Shown here piece after piece: positions 26,004 through 32,000 of a stretch of 32,000 nucleotides of DNA. How positions within the stretch are numbered: position 1 is the first letter of the stretch; every line of letters starts with the position of its first letter. A program made the position numbers and the translations under genes. Under the pieces are notes generated by a model. The model was not told the DNA's origin and made no database searches. It saw nothing but the letters and a program-made list of their open reading frames with translations. Source of the DNA: Kiritimatiella glycovorans (GTDB lineage: Bacteria; Verrucomicrobiota; Kiritimatiellia; Kiritimatiellales; Kiritimatiellaceae); assembly GCF_001017655.1 (NCBI RefSeq), contig NZ_CP010904.1:810001-842000 (forward strand), written 5' to 3'.

Positions 26004-26149
26004 CCAGCAGTTCTCATTATGGCCGCATTCCGACCGCGGACGGCGTGGCAGCCGTCCCTCCCGAGTCGATATCCGACGCATTTTCGGGCACTGGGAGGGT
26101 CGGGTGCCACCCCGACCGAAAAGGGTGAAGCCATAATGAGAATCGCTGG
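26004..26149. other. 146-bp quasi-palindromic structured element (ncRNA, MITE or operator; unresolved)
   Basis: The outer inverted repeat is CCAGCAGTTCTCATTATGGC (26004-26023) and GCCATAATGAGAATCGCTGG (26130-26149), with a perfect 13-bp core. The internal hairpins are GGACGGC-gtggca-GCCGTCC (26038-26057) and GGTCGGG-tgccac-CCCGACC (26098-26117). Their loops are mutually complementary. Confidence 0.6.
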
Positions 26150-26223
26150 GGCCAATCGGGATCGGTTTGCCGGATGGGCGCGAATGTCCTAGACTGACTG
26201 CTGGTCTGTAAGGAGAGAGAATC

Positions 26224-26505
26224 ATGATCATCGGCTCGCTGAGTGTGCACCTCAGTATCCCCGAAGCGCGGTCGCTCAAGGACAAACGTGCCGTGCTCCG
26301 GAGCATGAAGGATCGCGCGCGCAACAGGATGAACATCAGCGTCGCGGAAGTGGGGCGCCAAAACGAATGGAAGTTCGCGGAGCTGGCCTTCGTGACCGTC
26401 GCCTCCGAATCGAAGGCCGTTCAGCAGCGCCTCTCGAAGCTGATGACGTTCGTGCGCTCGGAACCCCGCTGCGTCGTCACGCATATGGAAACCGAGATGG
26501 GTTGA
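26224..26505 (+). CDS. DUF503 family protein (YlxP-like)
   Basis: 93 aa. MIIGSLSVHLSIPEARSLKDKRAVLRSMKDRARNRMNISVAEVGRQNEW fits the DUF503 pattern. An AAGGAGAG RBS lies upstream. Confidence 0.75.
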   Translation: MIIGSLSVHLSIPEARSLKDKRAVLRSMKDRARNRMNISVAEVGRQNEWKFAELAFVTVASESKAVQQRLSKLMTFVRSEPRCVVTHMETEMG

Positions 26506-26506
26506 G

Positions 26507-27241
26507 ATGTGGGACGACCTGACCTGGGTGCAGTGGGCGGCGGCCGCGGTAGCCGCTTTGCTGGTCGGTTTCGCCAAGACCGGCCTGCCCGGCGCGGGCA
26601 TCGTGATCGTCCCGCTCATGGCACTGGCCTTTCCGGCCCGGGAGTCGGTGGGACGGCTGCTCATCCTCCTGATTCTCGGCGACGTGTTCGCCGTGTCCTT
26701 CTACTGCCGCCACGCCCGGTTCCGTACGCTGTTGAAGCTGCTCCCCGGCGTGCTGGCCGGCATCGTGCTCGGCGCGTTTTCGCTCGATGCGCTGGACGAC
26801 CGCGGATTCCGCCTGCTGCTCGGCGCGCTCGTGCTGGTACTGCTGGCGATCGATATTCAGCGTCGTCTGTCGGGCATGAATCCGGGCCGTCACCCGGCGG
26901 CCGCGCCGCTCGTGGGCGCCGCCGCGGGGTGGGCGACGGCGGTGGGCAACGCCGCGGGATCGATCATGGCGATCTATTTCGTGATGATGGGGTTCCCCAA
27001 AAAAAAGTTCCTCGGGACCGCCGCGCTTTTTTTCGCCGTCGTGAACTGGATCAAGCTGCCGGTCTTTGCCGGGATCGGTATCGTGGATAAAGGGATCGTC
27101 TGGTCCGGTCTTTCCCTGCTCCCCGCCGTCGCCGCAGGCGCGCTGCTCGGCCGCGCCGTGCTCTACCGCATTCCGCAGAAGATGTTCGAGACCGTCGTCC
27201 TCATCCTCGCCGCCGCCGCGGCCCTGATGCTGCTGGTGTAG
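26507..27241 (+). CDS. TauE/SafE (TSUP) family anion exporter
   Basis: 244 aa, polytopic, with the glycine-rich repeated halves (..GFAKTGLPGAGIV.., ..GWATAVGNAAGSIM..) typical of the TSUP family. Confidence 0.75.
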   Translation: MWDDLTWVQWAAAAVAALLVGFAKTGLPGAGIVIVPLMALAFPARESVGRLLILLILGDVFAVSFYCRHARFRTLLKLLPGVLAGIVLGAFSLDALDDRGFRLLLGALVLVLLAIDIQRRLSGMNPGRHPAAAPLVGAAAGWATAVGNAAGSIMAIYFVMMGFPKKKFLGTAALFFAVVNWIKLPVFAGIGIVDKGIVWSGLSLLPAVAAGALLGRAVLYRIPQKMFETVVLILAAAAALMLLV

Positions 27242-27266
27242 GCGGCCGGGGAGGAAGAAGGAGCAG

Positions 27267-27590
27267 AGTAAGAGTGAGTGGGAAACCTGAGACCTGAAAC
27301 CTGAGTAAGAGTGAGTGGGAAACCTGAGACCTGAAACCTGAGTAAGAGGGAGTGGGAAATCTGAGTGAGAAACCTGAGACCTGAAACCTGAGTAAGAGGG
27401 AGTGGGAAATCTGAGTGAGAAACCTGAGACCTGAGACCTGAGTAAGAGGGAGTGGGAAATCTGAGTGAGAAACCTGAGACCTGAAACCTGAGTAAGAGGG
27501 AGTGGGAAATCTGAGTGGGAAACCTGAGACCTGAGACCTGAGTAAGAGAATCAGAGTGAGAGGGAGGGGGAGACCTGAGTAAGATAGAAT
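27267..27590 (+). repeat. Near-perfect tandem repeat: 2 x 37 bp, then 4 x 50 bp, then a degenerate unit
   Basis: Unit starts (agtaagag...) fall at 27267, 27304, 27341, 27391, 27441, 27491 and 27541. The 37-bp unit is agtaagagtgagtgggaaacctgagacctgaaacctg. The 50-bp unit is 13 bp longer, apparently by an internal partial duplication spanning gggaaatctgagt (units align best with about one further substitution). The sequence is purine-rich on the plus (transcribed) strand. Confidence 0.95.
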
Positions 27591-27779
27591 CGCTGGCGGC
27601 GGGCATGAGTGGATCCGGGGTTGTGAAGGGTGGGTCGCCGATTTTCGCGGCGGTTATTGAGTCGCGGCCTTCCTCCCGCTACGGTATAGACTTTGAACCG
27701 AACGGACTGTGACCGGTCTGACAGACGAGTATTCGCCCGGCAGCGCAAGTCCCGGAGCGGCAGCCCCCGAAAGGACGGG

Positions 27780-28394
27780 ATGATGAAAAAGGAGAAGCCT
27801 ACACCCGCGTACGTATGGTTCGACACCGAGTACACCACGCTTGAACTCGAAAACGCGCGGCTGCTGCAGGTCGCGGCGATGATCACCGACCGCGACCTCG
27901 AGCGGCTGCACCCCCCGGAGGAGGATTTCAACCGCTGTGTGCGGCTGCCGCGCAATGCCGGGCTGAGTTCCTGGGTGAAACGGAATCTGGCGGGGTTGAT
28001 CGAGCGCTGCCGCGGACCGGAGGCCGTCCCGGCGGATGAGATCGACGGGCTGCTCTGCGATTATATCGACCGCTGGCTGGGGCTTCCGAAGGACGAGATC
28101 GAACTGCGACCGGTGCTCGCCGGCAACAGTATCCACGCCGACTGGTTTCTGGCCCGCCGCTTCTGCCCGGCGTTTCTGACCCGGATGCACTACCGGCTGC
28201 TGGATGTTAGCGCGCTGAAGATTCAATGGAAAGACCGCGGCGAGGGAGAGGAACTGAACAAGAGCGATCCGCAGCAGGTGGCGCGCTACTTTCCGGAGGC
28301 GGACGTGGACCGCGCCGCCGAACACGACGCCTTGTATGACATCAAGGCCTCGGCCGCCGAGCTGGCCTACTATCGCGAGCGGTTCGGGATTTGA
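27780..28394 (+). CDS. orn: Oligoribonuclease
   Basis: WFDTEYTTL (DxE), LAGNSIHADWFL, HYRLLDVSALK and the C-terminal ELAYYRERF parallel E. coli Orn (WIDLEMTGL, CGNSIGQDRRFL, HYRYLDVSTLK, ELAYYREHF). The start MMKKEK at 27780 follows an AAAGGA RBS. Confidence 0.85.
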   Translation: MMKKEKPTPAYVWFDTEYTTLELENARLLQVAAMITDRDLERLHPPEEDFNRCVRLPRNAGLSSWVKRNLAGLIERCRGPEAVPADEIDGLLCDYIDRWLGLPKDEIELRPVLAGNSIHADWFLARRFCPAFLTRMHYRLLDVSALKIQWKDRGEGEELNKSDPQQVARYFPEADVDRAAEHDALYDIKASAAELAYYRERFGI

Positions 28395-28424
28395 AGAAAT
28401 GCAAAGCGAAGATCGGGAGGACCC

Positions 28425-29492
28425 ATGCGTAAGGCGGCAAAGAAGTTTCTGAGCGAACTGGTAAACAGCATCGGCCCGTCAGGGTATGAAGGGGATGTGG
28501 CCGACGTGTGGCGGACAGAGGCGCGCACGTTTGCGGATACGGTGGAAACCGACGTCCACGGCAACAGCCGCGCCGTGATCAATCCCGGCGGCGGCGTGCG
28601 GGTCATGCTCGCCGGCCACTACGATGAAATCGGCTTTCTGATCACGCATATCGATGACCAGGGCTTTCTGCGCATCTCGCCGGTCGGTGGTTGGGACGCG
28701 CAGATCGCGCAGGGTCAGCGGGTGAAGATCCGGGGTAAGAAGGAAACCGTCTACGGCGTGATCGGCAAGGCGCCGATCCACCTCCAGAAGAGCGAAGAGC
28801 GGAAGAAGGTGCCGGACATCCGCGATCTGTGGATCGATATCGGGGCCGCGAATAGAGCCGGGGCCAGGCGGCGCGTGGAGGTCGGCGATCCCGTGGTGGT
28901 GGACCGCGGGCTGGACGAGTGGCCCGGCGGGCGGGCGGCGGGCAAGGCGCTGGACGACCGCGCCGGCGCGTTCGTCATTCTGGAGACGGCGCGGCGGCTC
29001 GCGCGCCGCAAGATCGAGGCCGAAGTGCACGCCGTAGCGACTGTGCAGGAGGAAATCGGCCTGCGCGGAGCGCGCACCGCGGCCTTCGGCATCGAGCCGC
29101 AGATCGGAATCGCCGTCGACGTGACCTTTGCCACCGACCACCCCGGGCTGGGCGAGGTGGTCCAGCGCAATGGCAAAATAACCTTGGGAGGCGGGCCGGT
29201 GGTGACCCGGGGGCCGAACATTCACCCGAAGATCTTCGACCTGTTCATGGACACCGCCCGGCGCGAGGATATTCCCGTGCAGGTGGCCGCCGAGTCGCGC
29301 GGGACCGGGACCGACGCGAACGCGATCCAGCTCAACCGGGCCGGGGTGGCCGCGGGGCTGCTGGGGATTCCGCTGCGCTACATGCACAGCCCCTGTGAAA
29401 TCATCGACCTGAAAGATCTCGACCGCGCCGTAGCGCTGCTCACGGCCGTAACGGCGCGGCTCGACACGAAACTCGATCTCCAACCCTTCTGA
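28425..29492 (+). CDS. M42 family metallopeptidase (glutamyl aminopeptidase / FrvX-like)
   Basis: 355 aa. LVNSIGPSGYEGDV..., MLAGHYDEIGFLITHIDDQGFLRISPVGGW and ALDDRAGAFV are typical M42 motifs. Confidence 0.85.
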   Translation: MRKAAKKFLSELVNSIGPSGYEGDVADVWRTEARTFADTVETDVHGNSRAVINPGGGVRVMLAGHYDEIGFLITHIDDQGFLRISPVGGWDAQIAQGQRVKIRGKKETVYGVIGKAPIHLQKSEERKKVPDIRDLWIDIGAANRAGARRRVEVGDPVVVDRGLDEWPGGRAAGKALDDRAGAFVILETARRLARRKIEAEVHAVATVQEEIGLRGARTAAFGIEPQIGIAVDVTFATDHPGLGEVVQRNGKITLGGGPVVTRGPNIHPKIFDLFMDTARREDIPVQVAAESRGTGTDANAIQLNRAGVAAGLLGIPLRYMHSPCEIIDLKDLDRAVALLTAVTARLDTKLDLQPF

Positions 29493-29496
29493 GCGG

Positions 29497-30747
29497 ATGC
29501 CTGTCTACAGCTATACTGCGCGCGACCGCCACGGTGAAAAGACCGGCGGAAGGCTTGAGGCGGCGGGTCGCCCCGCCGCGCTGAGCGCGCTTCAGCGTCA
29601 GGGACTGGTGCCGATCGAACTGAAGGAGGGGGCGGTCGCCGCGGATGGACGGTCGGGTAGCGCTGAGCGGAAACGGCTTTTCTCGGGATTCGGGTTCAAC
29701 CGCGCCCCCCGCATGTCCTCCCGCGAGAATCTCCTGTTCTCGCGGGAACTCGCCGACCTGCTCTCTTCCGGTATGAAACTGGGCCACGCCCTGCATACGC
29801 TCGCTTTGAGAAAGACCGGCCGGGGGCGGGATGAGCTGGTGACGTCGCTGCGCGACGACGTGATGCAGGGCGCCGCGCTTTCCGAGGCGATGAGCCGCTA
29901 CCCGAAGACGTTCTCGACGCTCTACATCAGCATGATCCGCGCCGGCGAGGCGGCGGGCGCACTGCCCGAGACGCTCGAGGCGCTCTGTACGCACTTCGAG
30001 CGTGTGCACGGTGCGCGGGAGAAAGTGGCCATGGCCCTGGTCTATCCGGGGATCGTGCTCAGCCTGGGGATCCTCACGCTGCTCGGCCTGGTGATCTTTA
30101 TCATCCCGCGGTTCTCCGCCGTGTTCGAGGAACTCGGCGGCACCCTGCCGCTGATGACGCGGATGCTGATCGGCGGCAGCCGCTTTCTGCTCGACTACGG
30201 CTGGGCGGTCGTGCTCGTGCTCGGCGTGCTGGTGTGGCTGGCGCGCCGCTGGCTGCGTACGCCGAACGGGATCCTGTGGTGGGACCGCAGCCAGCTCCGC
30301 TGGCCGGTGCTCAAGGGCATCACGGCCTCCAACGCCTACGCAAATTTCGCGAGGACACTGGAGACCCTGGTCCGCAACGGCGTCCCCATCCTCCAGGCGC
30401 TCTCGATCGTCGAGCAGACCGTCGGCAATGCCGTGATCGCCCGCGAGATCCACGCCGCGCGCGAGCGGGTGACGGACGGATCGAGCATAGCCGCGCCGCT
30501 CGCCGCCGGCGGGGTGTTCCCGGTTGCGCTGACCGATATGCTGGCGATCGGCGAGCAGTCCGGAGACCTGGCCGGGGCCCTGCGGCACATCGGGCGGCGG
30601 TATGAGCGGCGGCTCGAGCATGCCATCGCCCTGCTGACGACCATTCTGGAGCCGGTCCTGATCCTCTTCGTGGCGATCATGGTGGGGTTTGTCGCGATCA
30701 GTATGCTTACCGCGGTATTCGACCTCACCAGCGGACTGCAGATGTGA
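29497..30747 (+). CDS. gspF: Type II secretion system inner-membrane platform protein
   Basis: 416 aa. MPVYSYTARDRHGEKTGGRLEAA... is followed by two T2SSF repeats, and the gene is directly followed by pseudopilin genes. Confidence 0.85.
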   Translation: MPVYSYTARDRHGEKTGGRLEAAGRPAALSALQRQGLVPIELKEGAVAADGRSGSAERKRLFSGFGFNRAPRMSSRENLLFSRELADLLSSGMKLGHALHTLALRKTGRGRDELVTSLRDDVMQGAALSEAMSRYPKTFSTLYISMIRAGEAAGALPETLEALCTHFERVHGAREKVAMALVYPGIVLSLGILTLLGLVIFIIPRFSAVFEELGGTLPLMTRMLIGGSRFLLDYGWAVVLVLGVLVWLARRWLRTPNGILWWDRSQLRWPVLKGITASNAYANFARTLETLVRNGVPILQALSIVEQTVGNAVIAREIHAARERVTDGSSIAAPLAAGGVFPVALTDMLAIGEQSGDLAGALRHIGRRYERRLEHAIALLTTILEPVLILFVAIMVGFVAISMLTAVFDLTSGLQM

Positions 30748-30761
30748 AACAAGGAGGCGTC

Positions 30762-31178
30762 ATGAAACGCAAGGAAAGACGGACGGCGGGGCGGGCGGCC
30801 CGCGAGGGATTCACGCTGATCGAGATCCTGCTGGTGGTCGTGATCATCGGCATCCTGGTCGGGATCGCCGTGCCGCGGTTTACCGGTCGCGTGGAGCAGT
30901 CGCGCGTCGCGGCCGCGGAGTCGACGCTCAAGAGCATCAGTACCGCGCTCGACCTGTACGAGCTGGATATGGGGCGCTATCCGGATGATCTGGAGGCGCT
31001 GGAGAAGCAGCCCGAGGGGGCGGACAACTGGCGCGGCCCCTATCTCAAAAGCGGTATCCCCGAAGATCCCTGGGGACAGGAATATGTCTATAAACATCCC
31101 GGCACGCACAACCCGCACGGCTACGACCTCCATTCCCTGGGCCCCCAGGGCGGCGAGCCGATCACGAACTGGGAGTAG
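30762..31178 (+). CDS. gspG: Type II secretion major pseudopilin
   Basis: It carries the prepilin leader and GFTLIEILLVVVIIGILVGIAVPRF, and a C-terminal DPWGQEYVYKHPGTHNPHGYDLHSLGPQG, the GspG signature. The ATG at 30762 has an AAGGAGG RBS, so the track start at 30744 is less likely. Confidence 0.9.
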   Translation: MKRKERRTAGRAAREGFTLIEILLVVVIIGILVGIAVPRFTGRVEQSRVAAAESTLKSISTALDLYELDMGRYPDDLEALEKQPEGADNWRGPYLKSGIPEDPWGQEYVYKHPGTHNPHGYDLHSLGPQGGEPITNWE

Positions 31179-31665
31179 GCGCCGGCCGCGGCGGGCGTTT
31201 TCGCTGATCGAGGTGCTGCTCGTGGTCGCGATCGTGATGATCGCGGGCGTCGTGACGGTTCCGATGATGGCGCGCTCGTTCGAGGGGAGCCGGCTCCGGA
31301 TGTCGACGCGCGCGCTCGTGCGTATGCACCGCTGGGCGCGCAGCCGGGCCGTGCTCGAGCAGCGGGCCCTGCGGCTGGAGATCGACCCTGAAACGGGGCG
31401 GATGCAGATTCTCACCGGACGCTCCGCACCCGAAGACGACGACCCGCGCTCGACCGCGGTCCGCCGCGTGCGTTCGGTGGAAGAGGGGATCGACATAGCG
31501 GAGGTGCGCGTCGGCGACGATCCGGCCGTCGAGGACGGGCCTGTGCGAATACGCTATACGCCCGGCGGGCGATGCGACAGCTTTAGCGTCATTCTTCGCG
31601 ATTCGGAGGGACATGAGATGACGGTGGCGGTCGACGGCGTGGCCGGCAAGGCGGTGATTGAATGA
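31084..31665 (+). CDS. Minor pseudopilin (GspH-like); start uncertain
   Basis: It carries a prepilin-type N-terminal segment RRAFSLIEVLLVVAIVMIAGVVTV. The only canonical start in frame downstream of 30985 is the ATG at 31084, which overlaps gspG by 95 nt. Confidence 0.6.
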   Translation: MSINIPARTTRTATTSIPWAPRAASRSRTGSRRRPRRAFSLIEVLLVVAIVMIAGVVTVPMMARSFEGSRLRMSTRALVRMHRWARSRAVLEQRALRLEIDPETGRMQILTGRSAPEDDDPRSTAVRRVRSVEEGIDIAEVRVGDDPAVEDGPVRIRYTPGGRCDSFSVILRDSEGHEMTVAVDGVAGKAVIE

Positions 31666-32000
31666 AACGGCGGCGGGCGGCAAAGCGCGGATTGACGCTG
31701 ATCGAGGTCCTGCTCGCCGTGGTGATTCTGGGGATCAGCAGTTCCGCGATCCTCGTCGGCGTCTCGCGGTGCCTCGCGGTCATCCGCAAGGCGCGCCATT
31801 ACGAAAATGCGCGCCGGTTCCTGTATCGGGTCGAACTCGAGCATCCCCTCGACCGCGAGGATATTGAAGCCTCGGACCGCTCGGGATCGTTCGAGGGGGT
31901 GGCGGGATATTCGTGGACGCGGGAAATCGAGCCGGTGGACCCCGAGTTCCGGCCGGGGTTGTACCGGGTGAGCACCCGCGTGCTCTGGAGCGACCGCGGC
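31662..32000 (+). CDS. Minor pseudopilin (GspI-like), 5' partial (runs off window end)
   Basis: Not in the track because it has no stop in the window. Manual translation from ATG 31662, which overlaps the previous stop as ATGA, gives MKRRRAAKRGLTLIEVLLAVVILGISSSAILVGVSRCLAVIRKARHYENARRFLYRVELEHPL...YRVSTRVLWSDRG. Confidence 0.7.
   Translation, partial: MKRRRAAKRGLTLIEVLLAVVILGISSSAILVGVSRCLAVIRKARHYENARRFLYRVELEHPLDREDIEASDRSGSFEGVAGYSWTREIEPVDPEFRPGLYRVSTRVLWSDRG

Noticed and set aside
26004-26149. Known riboswitch (cobalamin, TPP, SAM) in the ankyrin/DUF503 intergenic region
   Set aside because: I could not find the conserved cores (B12 box GCCACTG context, the TPP CTGAGA...ACCC pairing scheme, or the SAM-I GAGGGA/GCAACC arrangement) on either strand. 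The flanking genes also do not fit those regulons.
22476-27590. Possibility that the two repeat arrays are CRISPR arrays
   Set aside because: The units abut each other with no unique spacers, the periods are 6, 37 and 50 bp, and no cas genes are present in the window.
27163-27606. 147-aa minus-strand ORF spanning the 27.3-kb tandem array
   Set aside because: The repeat periods (37 and 50 bp) are not multiples of 3, so the protein has no consistent repeat. It also overlaps the 3' end of the TauE/SafE gene in antisense and lacks an RBS.

Overview
High-GC DNA (about two-thirds G+C by hand counts) from a diderm bacterium, in three blocks. (1) 1-11.5 kb, minus strand: the structural (late) module of a contractile-tailed phage-like element. 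The gene order is MTase-protease-scaffold fusion, decoration protein, HK97-fold major capsid, four head-tail joining genes, sheath, tube, tail chaperone with a predicted -1 frameshift, and a tape measure gene that runs off the window start. No portal, terminase, lysis or integrase gene is visible, because the module is cut off at about 11.82 kb. (2) 11.8-17.9 kb: a visibly lower-GC metR / metE / truncated glyA fragment, then an IS3-family element with no target-site duplication, then ssrA (tmRNA) on the minus strand. (3) 18-32 kb: chromosomal genes. These are an HMGL-like aldolase preceded by an integrase-like N-terminal remnant, an OMF-MFP-RND efflux operon, a secreted ankyrin lipoprotein, DUF503, a TauE/SafE exporter, orn, an M42 peptidase, and the start of a type II secretion pseudopilin operon (gspF, gspG and two minor pseudopilins). 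The most unusual items are: an 803-aa ORF fusing a Dam-like (D12) DNA adenine methyltransferase to a prohead-protease-like domain and a coiled-coil scaffold, with strong internal in-frame ribosome-binding sites; a 34-bp element repeated upstream of the head and tail operons; a purine-rich tandem-repeat family present twice in transcription-sense orientation, one copy inside the efflux operon carrying 9 GANTC sites in 65 bp; and a 146-bp quasi-palindrome with two hairpins whose loops are complementary. All family assignments rest on motifs recalled by eye; no database search was run.
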